Below, piece by piece: positions 12,422-27,042 of a stretch of DNA of 64,000 nucleotides; positions within the stretch are counted from its first letter, which is position 1, and each line of letters starts with the position of its first letter. The notes beneath the pieces are model-generated. The model saw only the letters and a program-made list of their open reading frames with translations. It had not been told where the DNA came from and did no database searches. The DNA is from Eledone cirrhosa. Its lineage: Eukaryota. The stretch is taken from contig OZ024763.1 in NCBI GenBank assembly GCA_964016885.1, positions 28,024,001 to 28,088,000 of the forward strand. The letters run 5' to 3'. A program made the position numbers and the translations under genes.

Positions 12422-13053
12422 TGTAGTCATATTCTAGGGGTTAATGTAGTCATATTCTAGAATAGGTAGACCATATTCCATAGAATAGGGATACCATATA
12501 TTATTAAAAAAGGGCAGTATGCTGTATGGAGGGCATTATGCTGTATGAAGGGCATTATGCTGTATGTAGAAAAAAAAACCCTGCTTGAAAAAGGGCCCAT
12601 TTAACTTCATTTTAACATGGAAAACATGAAGATGATGATGATAGATAATGCTGATGACGCATATGTGATAAAGATTGGATGGGCCGCAGATATAGAGAAA
12701 TAATTTGTATGGTGGTGGTGGTGGTGGTTGTGGTGGTAGGGAGAGAGGGGGAAAAAATTAAAATTTTCTTTCAAAGGATGTTGAAGAAATTTAAGAATGC
12801 CCAAGAAAAAAAAAATTATGTAAATATATATATATTTTTTTTTTTTCTGTTTATAACATTTTTTGTAGAGATTAATTTTCTACCAGTGAAAATTAATTTT
12901 TGTATCTAGGGATTCATCCAATTTTTAAATAAATATTTGTCATTAATTGTTAAGTAAGCTAAGGATTTAAGAATTATATTAGTTACTAGAATATTTAATA
13001 CATAAAACTCTGATATGAAATATATACAGAAATGGTGGTGCAGATGTATAAGT

Positions 13054-13088
<35 letters not shown>

Positions 13089-13150
13089 TCTCATATATAT
13101 ATATATATATATATGAGATGAATAGGAAGGGGTATATCACACATTCATTA

Positions 13151-13193
<43 letters not shown>

Positions 13194-13409
13194 CACACAC
13201 ATGTGTGTGTGTATAAACAGCTTAAAGCACTCATTGCATGACTATGTATGTTTATTAGAGAAAAATATATTGTATATACTTCCATATACACCTCGATTCT
13301 GAATCTTGGTGTTAATTAAAATGTTTATAGTATCTATCCTAGTTGAGAGATTGTTGTAAAAACTTTGCAGTATTAAAGTAAAGACTTTCCTTCTTAATCT
13401 GATATAGTC

Positions 13410-13870
13410 ATAGTACTGTTTTATACTTTTCAAGAATGTCTTGCTAATATGGTTCCAGTAAACTAGTTTATATTTAATGTGATGAAGTCAAAATTTGTTT
13501 TTTTATTCATCAAGAATGTCTTGCTAAAGTAATCCTAGTAAACAGGAGTTTCTATTTGATGTGATGAAGTCAAAATGTGTTTTTTTATTCTTCATGAATG
13601 TCTTGCTATGGTTCAGGTAAACTAGAGTTTATATTTGATGTGATAAGGTCAAAATGTGATGCAGTCATAATACTGTTTTATACTTTTCAAGAATGTCTTG
13701 CTAATATGGTTTCAGTAAACTAGAGTTTATATTTGACGTGATGAAGTCAAAATGTAGTTTTTTATACATCAGGAATGTCTTGCTAACATGGTCTCAGTAA
13801 ACTAGTTTATATTTGATGTGATGAAGTCAAAATGCCAAAAATGGTGTTTTTTATTCTTCAAGAATATCTT
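13410..13870. repeat. ~80-bp diverged minisatellite, ~6 copies
   Basis: Recurrent CAAGAATGTCTTGCT...AGTAAACTAG...GTGATGAAGTCAAAAT. Confidence 0.8.
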
Positions 13871-15275
13871 ACAAATCTTTTTTTTAAAATATATATAGAA
13901 CAGGAGATTAAGAGTTAAAATAAACAGCTTAGTAGTATGCTAGAGAGAGGGCAAGTTACAGACAGCTTGGTATCAAAAGGTTTAATAATCATGAAGAAAT
14001 TTTCTAAAATTCTTCCAAATTCATGATTGATTTTATTCAAATTTAATTAAAACTCATAGGCAGTTGAGTTTCATTAGAACTATAGTCATGAAAGAGTTAA
14101 ATTAGATTTAGAATTTTTTTTTTTAAATAAAGGCATAAAAAAATGAAAATATTGGGCATGTTATATAAAAAGGCTTCATTTAGTGGAATGAATTATTTCA
14201 GGTAAAAGCCATTTTTTGTTGTGCATCTGTGTGTGTATGTGTTCAAGTGTATATTGTGTGTGCATGTGCATATATGTGCATGTCTGTGCAGATGATTTCA
14301 ATGGAATAATGGGTCAATGGCAGGGGGTTCAAAGAGAAGATATTAAAGTGGTTTACACATGTACACACACATATATAGAGGCACATACACGTATATAGAG
14401 AGGCACATATACACACACATATAGAGAGGCACATATACACACACATATAGAGAGGCACATATACACACACATATATATAGAGAGAGAGGCACATATATAC
14501 ACATATATAGAGAGGCACATACACATATATATAGAGGCACATATATACACATATATAGAGAGGCACATACACATATATATAGAGGCACATATATACACAT
14601 ATATAGAGAGGCACATACACATATATATAGAGGCACATATATACACATATATAGAGAGGCACATACACATATATATAGAGGCACATATATACACATATAT
14701 AGAGAGGCACATACACATATATATATATAGAGAGAGAGAGAGCGAGACAGGTATACACACATACATGTGCACAGATACACAGAGATAGACAGAAAGAGGC
14801 ACACACACATACAGACAGACAAACACAGAGAGAGACACACACATATGCATGCATATACAGATGCACACATACAGACAGATAAACAGAGATACAAACAGAC
14901 AGAAGGATAAATAAACACACAGAGACTTACACAAACATACACAAATTCAATCAGATATACATACACATGGAGACGCACACACAACAAAAGCAGATACACA
15001 CACACACACACACACACACTCACACACAGGCAGATATACACACACACAGCCACGGACACAAACATACATACAAATAAAAGCAGACATACAGACACACAAA
15101 CACAGGCAAATATACACACACACACACATACATACGTACAGACACACAAACACACATATGCAGACATACACATAGTGTTGGTGTCATCTTTAAAACATCT
15201 TGGAAGGCAGAGAGAGAGAGAGAGAGAGGGGGGGGATAGAGAGAGAGGGGGGGATAGAGAGAGAGGGGGCGAGTG

Positions 15276-15320
<45 letters not shown>

Positions 15321-15331
15321 CAGAGAGAGAC

Positions 15332-15376
<45 letters not shown>

Positions 15377-15412
15377 GAGAGAGAGACAGAGAGAGAAACA
15401 GAGTGAGAGAGT

Positions 15413-15457
<45 letters not shown>

Positions 15458-15942
15458 GGAGAGGAGGAGGATTTAAACACCGACAATAAAACAAATTTAA
15501 ACATAAAAAATTTGTTTCCGTAAACATTTAATTTTTACTGAAATATTGGAATGCATGTTTAGACGTGGTGGCGTTGGAACTCAAGTGCAAGCATGTGTGC
15601 AGTGTGTGCATATAAATGCACATATGTTTATATATATATATATATATAAATATATGTATATATATAAACATATATATATATATATGTGCATACATATGCA
15701 CATATATGTATATACATATATATGTATATATATATATGCAATGGTATATGCACATGCATATGTGCATTTATATGTATGTATAAATGCATTTATATGTGCA
15801 TGCGTGCATTTACACTCAATGTATTGAATATATGGATCTGTGAGTTTGCATGCGTATAAATACAGACATATGAACAGTATGTGTATATATATATACATGC
15901 ATATATAAGCATGTGTGCACATAAATGTATATATATACACCC

Positions 15943-15988
<46 letters not shown>

Positions 15989-18135
15989 GGATGTATATAT
16001 ATATACATTTAGGGTTAGGGTTATATATATATATATATATGCATTTCTTTGTGCATATATATATATATATACACACACACATGCGTGTATATGCATGTAT
16101 GCACAATGACAGTGACATAGATTTTTAAATTGAATTGGAGATAAAGATGTGTATGTGTGTGTGTGTGTGCCTGTGTGTGTAGTTGTGTGTGTGTGTGTGT
16201 GACTCTATGCATGTGTGTGTCAGCAATATGCATATGTCAGAAATGAGCATGCGTAAAGGGTGCACCAATGTCAAGGGGTATATATATGCAATGGGTGACC
16301 ATAAGGTGGGGGGCTGTAAAAGGATGATGGCCTCTTGTGTGTATGTGTGTATGTGTGTCTGTGTGAGAGTGTGCGTATTTATGTGAGAGGGTGTGTGTGT
16401 GTGTGTGTGTGTGTGTCTTTCTTTGTGTAGGCATACTCGCGTGTGTTTATCTGAGCCTAGGTGTATATGGGTCTATGTATATATGCATGTATATCTTGAT
16501 GTATATACACATACTCGTATGCATGTACATATACTCGTATGCATGTACATATATGCATATGTACATATATATATATATATATATATATGCATAAATGCAT
16601 GTATATATATGCATATATACATATATGTGTGTATGTGTACATTTATCTATATGTATGTTTGTCCAACTGCGTGTGTGCATATATATCTATGTGTATATAT
16701 ATACATATATATGTCTATATGGATGTTTGCATGTGTGTATATGTCTGTCTGCATTTGTGTACGTATGTGTGTCTGTGTGTGTATGTGCATGTGTGTATAT
16801 GTATATATGTATACGTATGTGTGTGCGTGTGTATGTATGTATGTATGTGTATGTCTAAGTGTGTGTATGTATGTGTGTATGTAAGTGTGTGTATGTATGT
16901 GTATATGTGTGTGTGTAAGTGTGTGTATGTATGTGTATATGTGTAAGTGTGTGTATGTGTGCATATGTGTGTGTATATGTGTGTATGTGTGTATATGTGT
17001 GTGTATCTGTGTGTATGTGTGTATGTGTAAGTGTGTGTATGTATGTATGTGTGAATGTGTGTATGTAAGTGTGTGTATGTATGTGTGAATGTAAGTGTGT
17101 GTATGTATGTATGTATGTATGTAAGTGTGTGTATGTATGTGTGAATGTAAGTGTGTGTATGTATGTATGTAAGTGTGTGTATGCATGTGTGAATGTAAGT
17201 GTGTGTGTGTGTATGTATGTATGTGTGTGTGTGTGTGCAATTGAGGGTGTTTTTAATTACAGTTAGACATAATTTGCAGTGTGATACAATTTAAGGAATT
17301 CCGCCATGACACTCTACAGACAGAGCTTGTAGTGGTGGTGGTGGGGTGGGCTGATTGAGGGGGATAGAGGGTGGGAGTTGTGTTAGCAGTGGTGGGGGAG
17401 GTTGTGGTGGAGGGTGGTGGAGGTTGTGTTAGCAGCGGTGGGGTAAATGTAGGTTGTGGAGAGTGGGGTAGGTTGTGTTAGCAGTAGCGTTGGTGGTGGA
17501 TGTGGTGATGCTGGGTAAGGGGTAGGTTGTAGTAGAGGCAGTAGGTTGTAGTAGAGGCAGTGGTAGTGGTGGAGGTAAGAGTAGGTTGTGGTGGTGGGGT
17601 TGAAGAGTAGGGTAGGTTGTGGTGACAGTGGCGGTGGTAGAGGGTGGGATAGGATAGGTTTCGGTGGTGGTGGGGTGGGCAGGTTTTGGTGGAGTTTAAG
17701 TGTAGCTTTTAGTGGTGGTGGTGGTGGTGGGGTAGGTTGTAGAGGCAGTGGTGGTGGAGGGTAAGGAGAGGCTGTGGTGGTGCAGGTAGAGGGGCTGGCG
17801 AGGTGATGGGTAGTGTTAGTGTCATCAATCAGTCAATCAGTCGACATGTCGGTGGAGGGGTGGAAGGTAAGGATGGCCTGGGTGGCGGGGATACATGGTG
17901 GCCCTATGGTGGTGCAGTGACGTCAGGGTGGACCTGGTGGGGTGCTTGTCGTGGTGGTGGTGGCAATGTTGAAGTTAGGGTGGGTCTGGTGGGGTGCTTG
18001 TCATGGTGGTGGTGAAGTTAGGGTGGGTCTGGTGGGGTGCTTGTCATGGTGGTGGTGGTGAAGTTAGGGTGGGCCTGGGGTAGTGGTGGTGGTGGTGTGG
18101 AAATCTAAAGATTACTTAAATGAGAAATGGCAGGG

Positions 18136-18670
18136 TGGTGTGGAAGCTAGGGTAGGCCTGGGGTGGCAATGGCCGTGCTGGCAGTGTGGAAGCTAGAGTA
18201 GGCCTGGTGTGGTGATGGTTGTGCTGGAGGTGTGGTGGTGTGGAAGCTAGAGTAGGCTTGGCGTGGTGGTGTGGAAGCTAGGGTAGGCTTGGTGGGGTGA
18301 TGGTTGTGCTGGAGGTGTGATGGTGTGGAAGCTAGGGTAGGCTTGGCGTGGTGATGGTTGTGCTGGAGGTGTGGTGGTGTGGAAGCTAGGGTAGGCTTGG
18401 CGTGGTGGTATGGAAGCTAGGGTAGGCTTGGTGGGGTGATGGTTGTGCTGGAGGTGTGGTGGTGTGGTGGTGTGGAAGCTAGGGTAGGCTTGGTGTGGTG
18501 ATGGTTGTGCTGGAGGTGTGGTGGTGTGGAAGCTAGGGTAGGCTTGGCGTGGTGATGGTTGTCCTGGAGGTGTGGTGGTGTGGAAGCTAGGGTAGGCCTG
18601 GGGTTGCAATGGCCGTTCTGGCAGTGTGGAAGTTAGAGTAGGCCTGGTGTGGTGATGGTTGTGCTGGTGA
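18136..18670. repeat. G-rich ~55-bp minisatellite
   Basis: Recurrent GTGTGGAAGCTAGGGTAGGCTTGG...GATGGTTGTGCTGGAG. Confidence 0.8.
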
Positions 18671-19573
18671 CAGTGGTTAGGGGAGGCCTAATTTCAATCA
18701 GTCAAAACAGTCTGGCCCTCCCCGCCATAGTGTGAGTGGGTTGGATAGGTGTGGAAATCTGAAGCTTGCCTAAATGAGAAATGGCAGTTTGACTGTGGGT
18801 TATTACAGAAATTATTATATAAAGTAGGATGGAGTAAGGTGGGGTGGAGTAGTGGGTGTGGTGGGGGGGGGGGGGAGAATGGTTCGGTGGTGGAGGTTGT
18901 GGGGTGGTGTGGAATGGTTCGGTGGTGGTGGGGTGGAGTAGTGGGGGTGGAGGTAGAGGGGGTGAGGTGCAGTGATGTGTTGGTGGTGTGGTAAGAATGT
19001 GGTTGGCTGGAGACAATAGATCATGGTGTTGATGGTGGTGTTGGTGTTGTTGGTGTTGTTGTTGATGGTGGTGTTGGTGTTGTTGGTGTTGTTGTTGATG
19101 GTGGTGTTGGTGTTGTTGGTGTTGTTGTTGATGGTGGTGTTGGTGTTGTTGGTGTTGTTGTTGATGGTGGTGTTGGTGTTGTTGTTGTAGTTGTTGATGG
19201 TGGTGTTGTTGTTGTAGTTGAAGGTGGTGTTGGTGTTGTTGTTGTTGTTGAAGGTGGTGTTGATGGTGGTGTTGTTGCTGATGGTGGTGGTGTTGTTGCT
19301 GATAGTGATGGTATTGTTGTTGGTGTTGTTGGTGCTGATGTTGTTGGTGGTGTTTCCAGTTGAAGTTATTCATGTGAGTCCTGGTTAAAGAGACATATTA
19401 CCATAAACAATCCAAATATGACCATCACACCCATTCATGGCAAAACAGACAATATATTAATGAATGAGGCAGACCGGGATTACAGTGATGATGATGATTG
19501 TGATGATGATGATTGCGACAACAACTATACATACATAACTATAAGTAAATCATATAGACATATGTATACATAC

Positions 19574-19640
<67 letters not shown>

Positions 19641-20279
19641 CATATATATATATATATATACATACATAAATATATACATATATATACATACATAAATATA
19701 TACATACATTTATATATATATATACATACATACATTTTTATATATATAAACATACATACATTTATATATATATATACATACATACATTTTTATATATATA
19801 AACATACATACATTTATATATATATATACATACATACATTTTTATATATATAAACATACATACATTTATATATATATATACATACAAACATTTATATATA
19901 TATATACATACATTTATATATATATATACATACATACATTTATATATATATATATACATACATACATACATTTATATATATATACATACATACATACATA
20001 CATTTATATATATATACATACATACATACATTTATATATATATACATACATACATTTATATATATATACATACATACATTTATATATATATAAACATACA
20101 TACATTTATATATATATATACATACATACATTTATATATATATATACATACATTTATATATATATATACATACATACATTTATATATATATATACATACA
20201 TTTATATATATATATACATACATTTATATATATATATACATACATTTATATATATATATACATACATATATATATATAT

Positions 20280-20363
<84 letters not shown>

Positions 20364-20440
20364 CCAGGCTTTGCAATCATGTTAACATACATGCTTACAT
20401 ACACTGAATGTCTCTCTCTGACACACATACATACACACAA

Positions 20441-20485
<45 letters not shown>

Positions 20486-20486
20486 C

Positions 20487-20517
<31 letters not shown>

Positions 20518-20519
20518 CA

Positions 20520-20555
<36 letters not shown>

Positions 20556-21696
20556 TACATATGTGTAGAAAAATATGAAGACTTCATCTTTAGACACACA
20601 ACAAATATGGTTGATGCTAAGCTTGTCTTTGGGGCATCCCCCCCCCCCCACAAAAAACAACCAGGCTCCCTCCACACCTTCACACAAACCCCACCACACC
20701 TCCACACCCCTCAAAAAATGTCCCACCATCACCAACCCCAACCCACCCCAGCCAACCTCAACCTAAACACAGGTTACTGGGAGGAGAGGGGCTCTTATAA
20801 GATTCCTTAGTCTTGTAGGAGGAATGGAAGAACCTTTAAGACAGTGGGGGGGGGGAGAGTAGTGGAGGAAGGATCAGGAGTCTAGAGGTGTTGTTGTTGT
20901 TGCTGTTGCTGTTGCTGTTGTTGATGGTGGTGGTGGGGGGGACGGAGTCTAGAGGAGGTGTTGTTGCTGTTGCTGTTGTTGATGGTGGTGATGGTGGTAG
21001 GACAAGCAGGAGTCTAGAGGTGTTGTTGTTGTTGCTGTTGCTGTTGTTGTTGATGGTGGTGGTGGTGATGGTGGAGTGTAGAGGTGTTGGTGTTGTTGTT
21101 GTTGATGAGGATGATGATGATGGTGGAAGAGTGGCGAAAAAAAAACATCCCCAAGGTGCGGGTGGGAGGGGTAGGGTAAGGTAGTAGAGGTGTTGGTATT
21201 GTTGTTGTTGTTAGTGGTGGTGGTGGTGGTATGGAACTGCAACAATCAGGAGGAACCCAAGAGAGAAATCTCAGAAAGAAGATGTAGGAAACCCAAAGAA
21301 CTGTAAGTAATTAAGGCTGCTATGTTGAAAATTTTTGTTAGAACTTTTTACAAAATATCTTCATTTATTTGACGGATCAGACAACATGGTGTGGTGGCGG
21401 TGGTGCTGGTGGCGGAGGTGGTGTTGGGAGGAGGCCACAACCACCCTTGCTTGATGCTGTTGTTGTTGTTATTACTGCTGTTGTTCTTGTGAAAATATTG
21501 TTAACACTTTTCATACTGAAAGAGCACTTGGTTCTGTAATACTAGGCTGTTAAATTTATTTTAAATTTGTTTATATTTATCTAAAAACCTTCCAAGACAA
21601 TTTTATGTAAGAACCTTTGTTAAGTTATGTTCGAAACACCAGGTGAATAATTGTTTCTACTTTGGCACAAGGCAAGCAATTTGAATTGCGAAGTTA

Positions 21697-21959
21697 TTAA
21701 CACTTTTCATACTGAAAGAGTACTTGGTTCTGTAATACTAGACTGTTAAATTTATTTTAAATTTGTTTATATTTATCTAAAAACTTTCCAAGACAATTTC
21801 ATGTAAAAACCTTTGTTAAGTTATGTTCCAAACACCAGATAAATAATGAGAAAGTTAGGAATATTTATAAAATGTTCTTTAAATCTTAATTATCTTATAA
21901 ATTTTGTGAAGATCATAAGGCAGTGCCTTTCATTAGAAATATTGTAATGAAAAGGTTAA
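21697..21959. mobile_element. piggyBac-like MITE family 2 (partial duplicate at 21501-21645)
   Basis: TTAA-CACTTTTCATAC...GTAATGAAAAGG-TTAA imperfect terminal inverted repeats. Confidence 0.55.
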
Positions 21960-22926
21960 AGTATTTATATTTATCTAAAAACCTTCCATCTTAATTTCAT
22001 GTAAGAAACTTTATTAAATTATGTTCCATTCACCAGATAAATGCTGATTTCTACTATAGGTACAAGGCCAACAATTTTGAGGTGTTGGGTGGGGGAAGTA
22101 GACTCCAGTGCATTATTTTATCGACCCCATAATAATGAAAGGCAAAGCAAACCTCAGCGGGATTTGACCGCAGATCGTAAAGGGCCGTAACTCTATGTTG
22201 CAAAGCATATTGTCCGACGCTCTACCGATACATTAGATAAATAATGAGAAAGTTAGTTATATTTTAGTAATGTCTTTTGAATTTTCAAATATTTAAAAAT
22301 TATGTAAAATTTATTTTATATTGCTTTTCTTTATCTATAGAGCTTCCATTACAATTTCATGCAAGAAACCTTTGTTAAGTTATGTTCCAAACACAGTTAA
22401 ATAATGAGTTAAAAGCTCCTTAAAGTCTTGATTATTTCAAAACTGATTTGAAAATCAGAGGTAATGTCTTAAGAAATAATGTCTTAAGAAATAATTAAAA
22501 TTATTTTCGCTTCGTTCTAGCTTTCCATTGAACAAAAATTACTATTTTAATTAAAGTTTACAATTGAAAATATTTAAAAATTAATTTTAACCAAAAAAAA
22601 AAAAAAAAAAAAAACCACAACAAAAGACGAACAAGCAAGAACCCCCCCCCCCCCATCATTCTCTCAAGGTTTCCTTATGGAAAGTTAATGGTATTTGACC
22701 TCTCACCTAATTGGGGGACCTTTAGAAGAGAAAATGTGATGATGTACATGGCTTCTTTGAAAGCGACCATATATATATAGATATATATAGGAAGCTTATA
22801 GAAGGAGATGTTGTTGGGAAGTAACCACAAATGAGGATATGTGTCTGACATGTGTTTGGTGTGGTGTGTGTCCATTGTGGCATGTCTGATGTGGTGTGTT
22901 CAATGTGGTGTCTGCAATGTGTCATG

Positions 22927-23664
22927 TCTGACATGGTGTGTTCACCATGGTGAGTTTGACACAGTCTATCTGATATGGTGTGTCTGACAAAGTGTATCCA
23001 ACAGTGTCTGACACGGTGTGTTCACCATGGTGAGTTTGACACAGTGTATCTGATATGGTGTGTCTGACAGAGTGTATCCAACAGTGTCTGACATGGTGTG
23101 TTCACCATGGTGAGTTTGACACAGTCTATCTGATATGGTGTGTCTGACAGAGTGTATCCAACAGTGTCTGACATGGTGTGTTCACCATGGTGAGTTTGAC
23201 ACAATCTATCTGATATGGTGTGTCTGACAGAGTGTATCCAACAGTGTCTGACACAGTGTGTTCACCATGGTGAGTTTGACACAGTCTATTTGATATGGTG
23301 TGTCTGACAGAGTGTATCCAACAGTGTCTGACACGGTGTGTTCACCATGGTGAGTTTGACACAGTCTATCTGATATGGTGTGTCTGACAGAGTGTATCCA
23401 ACAGTGTCTGACACGGTGTGTTCACCATGGTGAGTTTGACACAGTCTATCTGATATGGTGTGTCTGACAGAGTGTATCCAACAGTGTCTGACACGGTGTG
23501 TTCACCATGGTGAGTTTGACACAGTCTATCTGATATGGTGTGTCTGACAGAGTGTATCCAACAGTGTCTGACACGGTGTGTTCACCATGGTGAGTTTGAC
23601 ACAGTCTATCTGATATGGTGTGTCTGACAGAGTGTATCCAACAGTGTCTGACACGGTGTGTTCA
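22927..23664. repeat. 80-bp tandem repeat, 9 near-identical copies
   Basis: TTCACCATGG at 22941, 23021 ... 23581 (period 80). Confidence 0.95.
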
Positions 23665-24248
23665 AAACAGTGTGTCCGACATGGTATGTCCGACATTGTG
23701 TGTCCAGCCCAGTGTCCGACATGATGTGTTCGATACAGTGTGTGTATGTGATCAATGTATCCTTGCATGTAATAAAAGCTGACTGAAAGGCTTTGGCAGC
23801 AGGAAAGGACATCAGGCTGAAAACCATTGCCTAGAAAAAGGACCCCAAGATGACAAGAAAAATACGAAGCATTTAATGGAGACCCTACAAGGTTAATACC
23901 CTTGCTTTAGCAGGGAGGATGGACTTAAAATGTTTGTTATTTGTTATTGTTGTTGGTGTTGTTGATATTTAATGGGGGCCCTACAAGGTTAAAACCCTTG
24001 CCTTAACAGGGAAGACAAACTTAAAACATAGGTTATTGTTGTTGTTGATATATTATATAATGGAGGTTTAGCTGCTATTTCTAGCAAGTCAGACAACCAT
24101 GTGGGAGCTCATTTGCCAATTAGTGATGTAACTATGTGTTATATTGTGGTTGTTGAAATTTATGTTGTTTAACCCTGGGACAGTCTCTGACCAAGATAGA
24201 ACTATGATCGAAGGAATTCCTATCATAACCATCATACATTTTCTCTTT

Positions 24249-24294
<46 letters not shown>

Positions 24295-26352
24295 ATATAT
24301 ATATATTCAAGGAAGGAAAGAGAAGGAAAAGGAAACAAAAGAAAAATGGAAAAAGAAAGAGAGAGAGAGAGAGAGGGAGAGAGAGAGAGCAGTAGAGAGA
24401 GAGGCGGGGAGTGAAGAAAGAAAAAGAAGAAATGAGCAAAAGGAGGAAGAAAGAAGAAAAATGATTTAAGAAGAAGGAAGGAAGGAAATAAAGAGAGGAA
24501 AGGTGCAAAAGAAGGAAAAACATAAAGAATGGACAAGAGAAAGAACGAAAGGAAAGAAAGATACGACAAGGGAACGGGAGAAAGAAAGAATAAAAGGAAA
24601 ATAGAAAGAAAAATAGAATGAAAGACAGAAAGAAAGAGCGAGAGAAGCAAGAAAAGAAAGAAAGATAGAAAGAAAGACAGAGAGAAAGAAAGATTGAGAG
24701 AAGGAAAGAAAAAAAGAACGAGAGAAGAATAGAAAGAATAAAAATACTTAAGTTAGAAACGAAATACTTACCAGGTGAGAATTAAGTAAACAACAACAAC
24801 AACAGTATTGTTTTTTTTAGCGGTGGTGTGGTTGTGGTAGTTGTGGAGGGGTGGACGTCAAGAGAGAGAAAGGTATGGAAAGGAAGGGGGAGGAGATTCG
24901 ACCGTTGTTGGTTGGTTGAGGTTTTTTTTTTAATTGTTGTTGGGGGTTGTTGTTTTTTGGGGTGATTTTTTTTTAAAGGTTGAGGGCATGGGTTAGGATT
25001 TGGGGTAAAGGGGTAAGGGGAGGTGAAGGGGAGGGGGTGATGGAGAGGAAGATAAAAAAAGAAAGAAAGAAAGAAAGATTAACAGACAAAATGAATATTA
25101 AAAAAATATATATATAAATATATAATATATAAAACTATACAAGAAACAAAATATATAATTTAAAAAAATACATGAGTTACTATTAAGCATCATCATCATC
25201 ATCATCATCGATATTATCATCATCATCACCATCAACATTATCATCATCACCATCATCAACATCATCATCATCATCATCACTATCAACATCATCATCAACA
25301 TTATCATCATCATCGCCATCAACATTATCATCATCATCAGCGATATCAACATCATCATTGACATCATGATCATCATCAACATCATAATCATCACAGATAT
25401 CATCACCATCATCATTATTATCATTATTACGGACATCATCATCATCATACCATAAAGCATTCTCTCCGAAGTTCTAATGATTCTGCCACTTCATCGCCTC
25501 CATAGATATATATGCACCCTTAATACAATTCTCAGGGAGATTCGGAGTGACAGTGTTTGACAGAGCTGGTCCTTCAAATATACATTTTTACAGGTATAAC
25601 TTATTTTGTTTTGTTTTTTGGGAGGAGGAGGCGGAGGTGCCAGGATCCTTCAAATTATAGATATAACACATTATTTTTTTAGTTAGGGGGCTGGGGTGTT
25701 GCCAAGCATCAATATCACCACCTTACAATCATGAGCCCAAGACCCTAACCACTAAGCCACACACACGCACCTTCACCAGTAAGTAGTAAATAAGTAAGTT
25801 ATGTATGTAAATAAATAAGTTAAAAACCTTATCTCTCAACTCACTTTTTAAATCATTTGTAACTTTAGAAAGTCACTTTCAACAACATCTGATTCATGTT
25901 TCACACCAACACCACCAACACCACCTACTACCACCACCGCTACTACTATTAACACTACTACTACTACTACTACTAAACCATCTTTTAATAATTGTTCCTC
26001 TGCAACCAACCAACCGACCAACAAACTAACTAAATTTCCTACCACCCTACATACCTACCTACCCAGCAAACTAGCTAACGAACAAATGATAACGAAACAT
26101 AGGAGGGTACATAGAGGTGCTAGCCAGTTAACTTAACCAAGCGAAGCAGAGTAGAAGTTCGTGTATATATATATATATATATATATAAATGTGTACATTT
26201 TATATTTTTTTCATCTTAAGTTTTAAACAAAAATCTCATCTGTCTGTTGTAAGACGTATCATCCTTGTATTTTTTTAAAAAATTTTATTTTCCATTTCTT
26301 TCTTTTTTATTTATTATATTTGTTTATGACTTTTTCATTATTATTATTATTA

Positions 26353-26528
26353 TAGTATCGGTAGAGGGTTGGACGCCATGCGTTATAGCAAAGAGTTACG
26401 GCCCTTTACGGCCTCAGTTCAAATCCTGCCGAGGTTAACTTTGCCTTTTATCGTTACGGGGGTCGATAAAATAAAGTACCAGTAATGCACTGGGATATTT
26501 GCTGGCCTTGTGCCTAAAGTAGAAACAA

Positions 26529-26562
<34 letters not shown>

Positions 26563-26900
26563 GCAGTATAGGTAGAGGGTCAAACGCCGTGCTTTGCAGC
26601 ATAGAGTTACGGTCCTTTATGGCTTGAGTTCAAATCCCGCCGAGGTTATCTTTGCCTTTCATCCTTATAGGGTCGATAGAATAAAGTACCAGTAATGTAC
26701 GGAGGTAAATGCTGGTGTTGTGCCAAAAGTAGAAACATTATTCATATTTTTATTGGATTAGCAGAATTGGTAGAGCATCGGAAAAAACATGCTTTGTGGC
26801 ATAGAGTTACAGCCCTTTATGTTCTGAGTTCAAATCCTTCTGGGGTTAGCTTTGCCTTTCAACCTTATGAGATCGATACAAATAGTACCAGTAATACACT
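26353..26900 (+). mobile_element. Three head-to-tail SINE family A copies
   Basis: Copies at ~26353-26530, 26563-26740 and 26753-26900, joined by (ATT)n or AT-rich tails. Confidence 0.8.
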
Positions 26901-26901
26901 A

Positions 26902-26935
<34 letters not shown>

Positions 26936-27042
26936 GTGTGCTCTGAGTTGATTTCTTGAGCAAGTTGTAAGTAAGTGACATCAACATCCTCAGATGTTGA
27001 TCTAAACCCTTATTATATATAGGTACATACATACATACATAC

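Noticed and set aside
16009-16023. Telomeric TTAGGG repeats
   Set aside because: Only 2.5 units; chance or trivial.
18702-19373. Poly-Q/H ORF on the Eph strand
   Set aside because: (CAA/CAC)n simple repeat with no exon boundaries or domain.
24764-24775. U1 snRNA 5' end (ATACTTACC)
   Set aside because: No further U1 sequence; it is the reverse complement of a donor-like site.
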